This document shows, piece after piece, positions 51,856-64,000 of a stretch of DNA of 64,000 bases. Position numbers and translations under genes: made by a program. Numbering within the stretch: the first letter of the stretch is position 1; every line of letters begins with the position of its first letter. Origin of the DNA: Obrimoposthia wandeli (taxonomy: Eukaryota); contig CDROCS010006906.1 of assembly GCA_977020255.1 (NCBI GenBank), forward strand, positions 1 to 64,000, written 5' to 3'. The notes under the pieces were generated by a model. That model was not told the origin of the DNA, did no database searches, and saw nothing but the letters and a program-made list of their open reading frames with translations.

Positions 51856-54139
51856 GGGTTATATTAGGTATATTATTGTTATTATATTATTAATGCTACA
51901 AAATTTTCAAATTGTACTATAACATTATTAATGCAGTTGAAAGCGGAAAACATAAGTTGATTATGACAATAACGTGTGAGTTCTGCAGTGGGTTTAAATC
52001 GATAATTGTTCCGCCAATTTTTGGAGCTTTTTGAAGCAATGAAACAATGCAAATATTCAGTCTGATATGTTGTGGCCAATATCAGGGTGACTACTAATGT
52101 CTCTCCACTGGGTGACATGCGTTCCAACAATTGTCTTCACACTGAAATCAAAATATCGATCAAGAAACCAAAATGTAGATGTTTAGAATCCAGTAAAATG
52201 CAAATTTAATTTGTAACCTGTGAAATATTAGACTTTGTATTTTGAACACAACAATATAGCCTACAGTTTTATTCCCTAAAATAATCAGTACCATAAACCT
52301 TTGAAAATGTTATTTTATTAAATTTTAATTTTTTGTTAGAATTTATTTATATTTAAATTACATCGTCCCATTTTTAAAACCCTTAAAAAAAGAGCTCGAT
52401 TGTGGACATGTCATGGAAAGTATTTTTCTAGATTTCAAAACATTTCGTACTCAACAACAGGGATACAAATAATCATGGTTGAACAGCAGTTAAATGATAT
52501 TTCCAGCAATTCTTTGATGACAGAAGCAAGTTTTGAACATGCCGATTAATATCGTGCCAATGAGTTTATCATAGACTATTGGACGAAAACATGCTTTGCA
52601 AAAAAACAGCTAAGCAAGACAAGAATCATCGAGACAAACAACCAGACAGAGATAGACAAGAAGAAGCAAGCAGTAAGCTGCTCTTTAGCGTATATGAATA
52701 TCTTATTTGTGTTGTGTTTAACTGCCCTACACACCTTTAAGAACTGGTTTACCATATACTCGGGTTGTTTTACTTTCCGTTTTCTAGTATTCGACACTAC
52801 AAAAAACTCCCTGGATCTTTTGTATCTCAAACTGAAAAAGATGAAAATGTTGACTTGAAAAACTCTACCGAGTCTATGAATATAGTGAAAACTGGACATG
52901 ACAACTAGAAAGTGTTGAACCAAATGTTTGATGGGGAATAACACACCAAACATATATAGAAACTTCAACAATCTGAGAGGTTTTCTCAAAACGACATAGA
53001 AATGATTCTGAGAGATGAGGCTCAAAAATTAGCTAGTTCAGCAAAGCCTTAAACGCTAGGGCGAAAACCACTGACACAAATTTTATTCCTGATGATATCT
53101 TCCCAAACTCAAAGCTTCCAGCACAGACAAAAAGCTTGAACGATATCTAGACTCGCTATTATTTTTGTGGCTGGGAAACGAGTAGAGATATTGTCATTTT
53201 AATTTTTCATTTCAATTTTAATTCATTTAAAAGTTCAAATTATCTTCAGAAATAAGAATTCCATAGTTACCAAGTACTACTTTAAGTGTTTTAATTTTAT
53301 TTTTGAGGGCTCTTCATGAATCTGACATCGGTTTTGCTTCATCGCGTCTATATTTAAGTTCAAACAAGTTCGAATGTTACCCTGATGCCGAAATAAAATC
53401 TGTCCTAAGCGGCAACTCACACTAGAATCATCGGTAGCGGTGCCGACGTACTCACAAATATATAATTGTAAGTACGACGTACAATAATCAGTAACACATG
53501 TTCTACCAGTTGAAATATTAAAAGGCACTCAAACAGGTAATACCAATGTATTCTAACGGGAACGAACCCCTAGTTACTCAATTGAAAATTGAAGAGAATG
53601 GAGAAACCCTTCCAGTAACACTTCATTTAAACTAAGACTCCAGTTTTGACAAGACAAATTAAAGTTATAATTTATATAAATCGAGGTCATGCAAAAAATT
53701 CGCTTTTGTAAAAATTATTATGTCGCTTTCTGTTGCAAAACAAATAACAAAATAAATTTGGTCGAATAAATTTACTATTTTACTGTATAAAAATTAGTGA
53801 TTAAATTTTTTAAAAATTAGTGATTCAATTTTTAAAAAATATTATTACTAAGTTTTAAAGCCACAAAGATATTGTAAGTTGCAGTATCAGTGTTATTATT
53901 TCCAAAACATACTTTTCAATGTTTTATCGATTACAATCGTTCAAATTCACATTTAAGTATAAATAACGGGTATAAAATTATTAATAGAAAATTAAAATAA
54001 TATTATAAATTATGTTTCATTTGTTAATCACAAGATACTCATTGCCAAAAAAACTCATTCGCCCCTAAGGATAATATGTTTACTAAACAGTGTAAACAAC
54101 ATAAAAACAATAAATAAAAGATTGCTAATAATGTGTATG

Positions 54140-54823
54140 GCCATCAGGAGGTTAATAAAGAGATCGTGCTGGCCAAGGTAACAATGCAATCTTGTGTGTC
54201 TGAAAGGTTATTCTTGCAACACGACTCATATGTCGTCCTGCCTTGTCGCGTGTTGAAAAATTAAATGGTTTTCGTGAACAATATTATTATTTCTTCTACA
54301 TATTGCTCAGCATTAAGATTCCCATTATTGCAATCGTCGCCCTTCCTTCATACTAGTAACTTCCCCAAATCATCACACTTCTGTCGCTGTATTGATCGTG
54401 CTCAGCAATACAACGCTCAAAAAATCTCTGCTGGCAAGCTTTTCCATAATTTTTATCTATCATAAATCGTGATTCACCAGACCACATCACTCCCTTCCAG
54501 AAATATTTTGGTATTGTTATAAAATTTTCGCCCCATTGTAGACTTGTAGACGGAGAGCTTTGTGTTGAAAACATAATTCGTTGAAGTGGTCTGTAGCTCT
54601 TGTATCCACAACATAGGGCTCTTCTATAAGCTGTTCTTATTGAGCAAGGAAGTTGGTTACCTGGATAATTGCTCCTTATTATTCGTGGAAACGATGAAAA
54701 CGATTTTTTAAAACATAAATTATAAATCTCTTGTCGTTTAGCTTTGTTCCTTCGTGTGGTCCGTCGTTTCTTAGTTTTATGTTGACATTTCTCTTCACCA
54801 TTTTCGAACTGTATTTCGATCAC
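54140..54823 (-). mobile_element. Tc1 transposase remnant
   Basis: ORF 54353-54823 contains FWKGVMWSGESRF (W..V.WSDESRF) and SVMIWG; downstream LLPWPARS (WPARSPDLNPIE). Confidence 0.85.
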
Positions 54824-56620
54824 ATTCTATTTTTCTGGAAATTATACTGATTGGCAATACAGCTTTTAACATGGTAATTATTTGTCCCTTGTCGAATTCA
54901 CTTAAAATCATGATGATTTGCACACTAGAACAAAAAAAGTAATAATGTTTAATGAGAAATTACTAAAACCTCGCATCGATACATTAAAATCTATAATAAT
55001 TAGTATGATTGATAAACAATACCATGGTATATCAACAAAAGATTATATTGCTTTTTTAAAGTGGGTGACATTTTTGGCGCTGAGTCTATATATAAAATTG
55101 GATTTCATATTATTTACAAAATAATTAGAACAAAACTGCACAAATAGATTCCAGATAGAAAATGAATCAATAACCCATTTAAAAAACTACATTGGTACCT
55201 CATCTAAAATAAAAGGTACCTAGGCTAATTAAGATTGTAGGAGCTTTTTGTTATGGAACTAATACCAAGAAACCGCGGAGGAGGTCATTTTTGACAAGTT
55301 TAATGGAGTTATATGTATTTTAAGCTGAAACAATATTGTCGGTGGTACCCCCAGTGCGGCATCGGATCTAATTTGAATCCTGTGAATATTAGATGTAACT
55401 TTTTAATCTGCTAAACCACAATTAAACCGTCAAAATAGCAATATACAGTTAGAAAATCTTAACACAAATAATTTACCACATTGATTTCACTATTAAAATC
55501 GGTAACATTAAGTTCCAGAATATTGAAGTCATCAAAAGTCTGCAATTAAGCGAATTCGCTCGCCCTTTAATACCAGATATGTCAAAAAATCAAATTCACC
55601 GCAATCAAAAAATGAATTAGCACAATATATTTTGCACGGAAACGGTACTTTGTTGAGCATCTTTGAGATTATTTTCATCCACTTTGTTCGGACTTTCTGT
55701 TTTTTCATTGTTGCTTCAAGCATTTTTGTTTGTGGCAACATTCCAGCCTTTAACAATAACAGTAGCACAAACTTGGGGCCCTACTGCCGTTGCTCACAAA
55801 TACAATAGAATGATGCTGATTCTGCAAACCGAGACAACACGCGACATCAAACACATTAAGTGCTACAGTTCTGGGAAACAAACAAAAATAACTTTCTGGC
55901 ACCAGATAACGTAGGCGATTAAAAAGATCAAAAGGAATTCTTCAATAGATCCCTCTGAGATTTTAAAAAAATGTCAGATTTTTATAATATTTTCAAATTT
56001 ATTTCTCTCCATCTTGGTAAGCTAAGATTTTCCACTCTATATTTATTATTTATATATAGCATTAAAATCTGGTTTATTAAATTTATGTATCCCAAAACCA
56101 TTAATTTTCATTTAGTTTATTCGTAAAAATAATATTAAAAATATATTTATACTATTCACTTACTTTGTTTAAATAATAACAATTAATATATAACTTATAA
56201 TAATTATTATAATGAGTTTTCTTGTCTAAAGAATCGTTAGAAAATATATCAACAATTTGGCAAATTATAAAAGAAGGACTAGAGAAAGTTTTGGCGCAAT
56301 CGACAATCTTAAAAAATTTAATGAGAATTTTGCTAAATTCCAAATTGTTCAACGATGGAAAAGCTTAAATATCAAATGTAAGAAAGTTAGTATCAAAATT
56401 TTATGCGCTGAGTTGAGTGATCTGTAAAGTTTTTTAGTTTTCTTATATAAGCAAAGAGCATTGTTATGTTTATTATAAAGTCTAATGCAGTTGATGGATA
56501 AAATGAAAGAATGCATGAATTTGAAAAAAGGTTCTAACAAACCCTTCGGTAACATTAAAATTACTGGTGTGTGGTTAACAACATAAGATAAACAATATTA
56601 TAAAAACCAAATTGCATGTA

Positions 56621-57583
56621 TCATATTTTCAGGACCATAGGTCGAATTGCTAATTTTCGACTAAAATCGAGAAAAAAGTCTTAGATAAGTCTATCTGGAC
56701 TATAGGTCAACTTAAATATGACATAATACATTATTAAATAACAATATGTAATACCAATAAATGTTTATTAAATATATAAAATGAATACTTCCAAAGTCAA
56801 TGTATATTTAATCGGATTCAAACCCATCAAAAGACGAAACTTCCACATCACTATGGAATAAGTCAGCTATAGATTGTGGTAGCTTATTTTCATCGTATGT
56901 AGCTTCATCATTTGAAGCTGGGATCTCCAGCTTGTCGATGATTTCTGATTTTATAAAACCATTGACGATTACACGCTCAGATATCGCATTCCACGAGTCT
57001 TCTATCCATTGTACGACTGTTGCATATGAAGTTCCCATTGTTTACGTTACCTGGTCTTGAAAGCTTTGTTAACGGATATATCTAGGGGTTGAAGTATTTT
57101 CATAAGTCCTCCGGGAATAACTGTTGGTATGGTCCCCGTTGCATTGATACGATCTTTGTTTATTTTACTTATATGCGCCGTCATGGAATCCAAAACTAAT
57201 AAGCTTTTCTGCTCATAGAAAAAACCACCAAGTCTTTTAGAAAAGCAACTACGCAATCAAAAGTCAAATACGTAATTGTCCATCCAATCCCTATCATTGT
57301 TGTGTATGACAACACTGGACAATTTTTTTTCTTTTATCGCTGTTTTGCGTTTTAAAATTATCATTGGTGGTAGCTTTTTTAGGCCAACACTACGGTAAAA
57401 CTAGATTTTTCATGACCTGTAATTAATAAAGGATTGTTCATTCAATAACGTGTAAAAGGGATTAGAAGAGATTACGCAACCTAATAATTCGGTGTTTCTC
57501 AAGTTTTCTGAATCTAATCTGAGATAGGTCTATCCGGACTATAGGTCGAACAAAAACCCAGACCTATGGTTCCGAAAATACGG
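56621..57583 (-). mobile_element. Internally deleted pogo/Tigger-family element with TIRs and TA TSD
   Basis: TA|tcatattttcaggaccataggtc and gacctatggttccgaaaatacgg|TA. The DDE remnant reads LLVLDSMTAH...IPGGLMKILQPLDISVNKAFK, then WIEDSWNAISERVIVNGFIK. Confidence 0.9.
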
Positions 57584-58935
57584 TAGAATGGAATATTGTA
57601 CTAGAAAGGATGCAGCCTTAAAAAACACCCATATAAACAAAATGAAATGTTAAAAGCTGATGAACCGAATTCAAGTAAATGTTCAATTATAATAGCGAAT
57701 CAAGTTCAATAAGTCTATGAGTTTAAGACAATCCATGCAGCTAAACGAGTACAAAAAGATTCTTATCGACAGTTAAAGCGTTAAATGTGAGTAAAACACT
57801 CCAGTAAAGCATTCCTTGCTGGTCAAAGTGCAGTATAAAATTGTCTAGAAAGTTAGTACTCTTTTGTCCCGAGTTGTATCCACCCCAATTTATAAACCCC
57901 ATCATTTAATTAATTTGAAATTTAATTTAACTGAATTGCATATTATAGTTAAATACAATGTATAGTCCGTTTCATAATTTTACACAGGTGGCATTTTTAT
58001 AGTAAAATATATCTAAAATGATAATATATGAAATTAAAGATGAAATATATAACAATAAAATGTACTTTATTAATAATTTATGAAGATATCTTGAAGAATA
58101 TTAAAATAATTATTTTCAAAATTATGTGCACATCAAAATTCCCAAATAAATTTAGGTAGAAATGTAGATATTTTAATGCAATTTTGAATTATATGTTTAG
58201 TTTTTCCTTAGTTTAATTAATTAAAATAAATACAATATAGAAAGTCACCAGGATTAATAATTTGGGGTGACCTTTTTCTTATCGGAATCCTAACATATCA
58301 AATAACTTCTGGAACACTGAAGTCATCTAATTATATTCAAAAAATGATTAAACAACATGTTCCTTACGATAACTGTCTTGTGCATATTTTCGTGCTCTAT
58401 AGACTTTTTAAGATTCATGTTATAGTACTTTTAAATAATATAAATTATGATTTCAATTGCGGAGAAGTATAATCATGAAAAGGACTATAATAATAATTCA
58501 TTGCATTATTTGATTAAAAATTTTGTTAAAGAGATTTATTAAGAAGCTGAAGCTATTTATGATCAATAATTATTAACTATGACAAATCTTAAAGGGTATT
58601 TTATTCCGAAATCGCAAAGTTGATCGTAGATCCCAGAAATGGATATCAATTGCATTAAAAAATGATTTCAGAAATCTGTTAATATCTAGAAAAACAACAC
58701 TTACAAAGTGAAAACGAATCAAACCTAGGAGATTTTCTTGGCGCTTCATTGGATGTATTCAGGAACTTGGATTTAGATTGATATGAACATTTTGATGATT
58801 TGTAAATGAATGGTTAAAACTATCTGAAGCTTCCATTAATGGTTTCGTAAATGTTTTGTTATTTAATTATTAATTTAATAACATTAATTAATATTATTTA
58901 AATTTTACTGTATTTAAATTTTTTGTCTCCATTTT

Positions 58936-59005
58936 CTTCTACAAATCGAGGCAAATAAGTACATCATAAGCTTCTACAAATCGAGGCAAATGAGTACATC
59001 ATAAG
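58936..59005. repeat. 35-bp tandem duplication, 2 copies
   Basis: cttctacaaatcgaggcaaat(a/g)agtacatcataag twice, with one mismatch. Confidence 0.9.
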
Positions 59006-62000
59006 CACCTCATTCTTCAAAATTAGGATATTCTTTCCAACCTAATTTCCAGACTAACAAACGCTTTCTTTGGTAATTCGATTGAAAGGTGAGAAAATTG
59101 TTGCTTCAAGAGACAATAACTGAGCAGTTCCCTGTCGTCAGACTAAAGAGGCACGGTTAGAGCTACAAAGCCATGAAGATAGGGTGACAGAAATCAGATG
59201 AAGTAACGCCGAGAATTGTTGTGAGGAGTCATGACAACTCGGGTCTCTGGGACACAGTGAAATATGTCGACCATAAAGACGTTCAACACACCACTCTACA
59301 ATGTCTGGCTGTTTTCACTTTATTGTCAGCCAACAATAAAGACACAGCTTGTTGAGAAGATGGAAATTTGTAACGAAATCCACTATTTGTCTCCAGGGTT
59401 ACTGCAAGACGCACTAGGCAGCCTTGATGAACTGTGGTATAGATTTAGTGGTTCACAGCAAGGACAAATATAACTCCATTCGACCTCAACCTGATTTGAA
59501 AGGGAGATAATAGTATGATTGCTATGGTAATGCTCTTATGTGGAATTGCCAGTTCAATGGCGACAAAACGACTTTTATATGACTTTCTCACATTTGCTAG
59601 TTAATGTATTCAAATTTGTGTATAGTAATAAACACTATTTTCAGTTACATAAAGAATTCAAAATCCTATAGTTTCTTTATTTATTAACTACAAAGTAAAT
59701 ATCATCACAAAACATTGTTGTCCTCTTCATTCTGACAATTTCTACTATTTTTCAAATCAGTCGAAGAACTTTAATGTTTTATACTAGCTAAGATCGTTCC
59801 ATAAACGATATAAATGGCAATAAAAACTTAATTCCTACATTGAGGTGAAATGAACAATGGCATTTAAGTAAAGGTTCACTTTGTCTATACCTACAGTAGA
59901 AGCTATCAGTTACAGCTATTGTCTATGTTATCCCGGCAATATTTTATGCAAATTTTGGGTCTTTTTTGTACTTTACTCTTAGTCATTATTCCATTTTTTT
60001 GAGAAAAATTATCCTATGCAATTCAACCGATGATTGCCAGTTCCAGACACGCAAGAATGAAAAGTTAATGTCAAATTGAAAGCTAATTTGAGATTTTGCT
60101 TCTTTTGAAGTTTGTAGGTGATATTAATTATTTTGTACAACTATACTTATAATCTGATAATCTTTCCATTTATAAATACTTTTGAATAATCAATATAGTA
60201 ATTTTGTAACACATCTTTTAAATTAATATTTTTATAGCACTTCACAGAGTTTTAATAATATTCAGGAGTAAATTCAAGCCCATGTCAAAAATATATTCAT
60301 TCTTATCCAGTAAGTCCTGATATGCTTCTTTTAGATGTAGAGAAACACTAAGTATGAGGTAATTTTGTTAATGTTATGTTATAGAACGGCCTTTAGACTG
60401 CATTTAAATTTAATAGTATGAAAGAGATCTTGAATATCACAACAGTAAAACCCAAAGTAAAACCCAACTTGCCAACTAAACATTCGAATCGCCTCCAAAT
60501 TATTTATCACACAGCTGCAATATTAGTATTTCAACTACAGAAAAAAGATGTCAAAACAACATATCTTAGAATTTCATTGACTTCGAATAAAAGCTAAATT
60601 TGAATTTAAAAGTCTCCTTATTATTGAAAAATAAACAATAAGTGATCAGAAAACATTTGAAAATTAAAATTATATGACATTGAGAGTTGAAAAACAAATT
60701 TTAAAAGCATCGATTAAGAAACAGCAACAAAACGATTTTGGAATATTTTTATGAAAAAGATTATAAAAATAATGAACCATTGTACCAAGAATAAGACAAT
60801 ATATATAAAAACGTATAAAACAATGCTGGATACTTGCCTATTTAATAAATATTATGAATAGTTCTTTTATGAAAGTTTGATGTAGCTTTGAGTAATGGTA
60901 CATATATATATATATATATTAATTTAAAATGTATTTAAATTTAAATATATATCTTATATTAGTTCAAATGAGATTACGATTACAAAATTTTTTAAAATGA
61001 AGGAAATGGCAAGTTCACATTAGGCAGCATCTACGAATCAAAAGGCAAGCGGTCAGAAATTATGTGTTTAAAGATATAGAAAATAAATACAAAAGAGGTT
61101 CAAAGTATGAATTAATCTTGGCAGTTTAGAAAAATAAGTTATACGTCTGTTGGCTACATTCACGTCGGAAATATGCCGTAAAAAACAAAATAAGGTTTAA
61201 CCAATACTATGTTACCACAACATAGGATGAAAACGTCTGTAATTCAATTTCAAAGAGAATATACAAATAAATGTAAAAAGTTGTTGGATCTACTACTTTT
61301 ATTGCTTTTGATTAAAAATACTTTAAAATATACAATGGATAATATTTTAACACACCTACAGAAAACGATTTTATATAAAATTTTAAGAAATATAATAATG
61401 TTTTTTCAATTTTTTATCGTTGTGTTACACTGATATCAATACATTTGTCAAGAAAAATTCGTAATGCAAAACAGTATGCTAATATTGTACATACGCAGCT
61501 ATTTGACCATTTTTATGATTAGGGGACAGTAAGAGCAACTTCAACTTACCTATCCATCAATAAGATCTTAATCGTGTCTTACATACACTGCAAAATTCGT
61601 TTTATCATGACTTGTTATAAAGAAAGAATTTTTTCGAGCAACATTGCATATAAGGTGTAAGAGCTAAAGCGTAATTATACACAACCAAAAAAACTATATA
61701 CGAGAACAAATATTTTGTTCTAAAACAACAATTATACAAAGGTTTCAGTTGTAAATATAGCTTATATCAAGACTTATACATTTATCGAGCTGATTACCAA
61801 TACTCTGAACCCTTTTTATGTGAAATTGTCGTTTGTAGCACTTTTGACGGTTTCTTCATAGAAAAAAAGTATTTAGATTCCCGTTTAGGGTAAGGGTTGA
61901 GAGGCTCAAATGTGTCTCATATTCAGTCAAAACTTTGTGCATCATCTTTCTGTCAACCATTAACGATCTTGCTTTTATCTTCTGCTTATTAAAATTGTGT

Positions 62001-64000
62001 TATGTCAGTTGGAAATCCCAAATTACATCGGTTTGAAGAGGCTTTGTGAAAATAAGTATGTTGAAGTTGCTGAACGATTTTTATTTTGTCAATGTTGAGC
62101 TAAAGTAAAATTCAAATGTTTCATTTCAAATACACCTGCAAAAATACAAAAAATCACCTTTATTTGAGAAATAAATAAGACAATGAAAGTCAGGCATCTT
62201 AAAGATTTTAATCGAAGAAATAATACCCTATTTTCCAGTTATATGCATCTAAACTTTACAATAAGTTACTATGTGAAGTAAAAAAGTGTAAAAATATAGA
62301 AGAACTCAGAAGACACATCAAAACTTTCCACTTTAGCAAATACTACAGTTATTTACACAAAGTTGCTGCGTCTTTGAAAAGTAATTCTAACACTTCTTAA
62401 GAAAGTGATATGTTAAATATATTTTTGTTATGTTATGAGCTTGGAAAAATCTTCCATTGTTAGGCATAAATCTAACCAGAATCATGTGAATCTCCCTGTG
62501 AAAATCAACTAACTACAATGCAGTTAGCCACACTAGGAGATAGCTGAAATTTTGGAGGTTTAATTAGGATATCGTCAGCAGCCCAGTAATATTAATTGAC
62601 AGTTAAAAGCGGCCAACAGTTGCAACAGTTGGAAGGCAGTTGAAATCGCGATAATGTAGCGCCTATTCGACCGGGAATTGTCTTCTTCAAAGACCATCAA
62701 GACTGTAAAGGGAATAATTTGGTATTGTTAAATAGGCTGGATGAGATATTTTTCAGAACAGCAGTCAGCCATCTGCCTGATGAGAACAACAATCAGATGA
62801 GCATAGCATCGTTTGCTGGCTGTTTGAGGGATTATGGTAAACTGTCTAGTTACAATCGACTACAACCATGTACAGAAGTTACTCCGGATATAGCAGTAAC
62901 TAAACTGTGATTATAGCAGTATCTGGGATTAAACTCGTACTTGACATTAATTGAAAAAGATTTAGTTCACATTTTTATATCGATGTTCAACGATATTTTC
63001 ATTTTAAATTATTTTAAAATTTTCGAATAATTTAGTTTAGAAATGTTGTGTTAAATGCAAAATCGACATGACATTTTTCAACCCAAATGAAAAGCTCCGG
63101 GTCTTTTATTTTTGACAAGTTTAATGGAGTTATATGTATTTTAAGCTGAAACTATATTGTCGGAATAAGGGTAATTATCTTTAACTAAAAATTTTGCTTA
63201 CCTAAGGAGTTCCTTAACTTTTAACCAACGTCTGTTTCAACAACAAATAAACAATTCCTTAGCTAACAGAATATTTCACTTTACAAAATGTTTAATAAAA
63301 AATTAATTCAAATGAAATCTAGTTAAATGACAAACCTAAAATTGTCTAGCTTATTTCAAAGTCTCATTCTAAAATATTTCATAACTAAAGATTATAGTTC
63401 TATTTACGTTGAAATGACTACATATTTTAGACAATTTGTATTTTCTATTCATTTTAAATGAACTTATTATGGCTTGTTAAACAATATAGCACGGTTCTCC
63501 TAGTTCTTTTTTTAATAACTGTCACATTATCAAAATTTAGGGTCCGATTTATATATTAGAGTTTCAAGTTTTAGGCATAATTTTAGGTTTATTAAGTGTC
63601 AAAAATAAAGCGAGTAGTATATCTGGTAGTGCGTGGATTTTTGGGGAATTGTTTTGACTTACAACATAGAAATGCAAATTGAATGATTATACGTTAAACA
63701 ATCAGAAAATTAATCTAAGTATACTTGTGACAAGCACAAAGTAAACGGGATCTAACATTTAGTGGATAAATGTTTCTGTAATCAGGTAAAGAGCAAAGTG
63801 TGGAAGTTGAAAAGATACATGAACAGTTCAGTATAATCTTGTGTTCAGCAGCTATCAATTATGTGCACTGTAAATAGCAGATGAAACTGAAAAGACATCA
63901 TCCAAGATTTAGTTCAGTATGCTTCTGACACATCAAAAGCAATTCAACATAATCTCTCACAAGTATCATTTTACTATCGTTTTCCATCATAAATGTTACA

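Noticed and set aside
58690-58830. Possible upstream B56 exon ending at a gtaagt donor
   Set aside because: No in-frame acceptor precedes the nearest stop, and there is no B56 similarity.

Overview
AT-rich eukaryotic (animal-like) genomic DNA. The left 12.3 kb is a tiered repeat block: a 10.5-kb higher-order satellite (four related 98-137 bp monomers, ~485-bp unit, plus a 3687-bp super-period), a 177-bp array, a 72-bp array, a 26/52-bp GA-rich minisatellite, and a 221-bp GC-rich fold-back. The fold-back has a cGAAg loop, strand-biased G.T wobbles and a (C4T)3C4 tract. Next come a hAT fragment and a decayed, intron-less HSP60 pseudogene. Positions 14273-50055 (minus strand) hold eight phase-compatible exons of a divergent PP2A B56 (PPP2R5-family) regulatory subunit gene, 406 aa recovered; its 5' exons were not found in the window. 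None of the supplied ORFs gives this gene in full. One 224-bp exon is bracketed by a ~500-bp inverted repeat pair. The introns and the right end contain decayed Tc1/mariner, pogo, hAT, piggyBac, Ginger-like integrase, Gypsy and LINE remnants. There is one assembly gap (46668-46899). All alignments were done by eye, and protein family calls rest on recalled motifs, not database searches.
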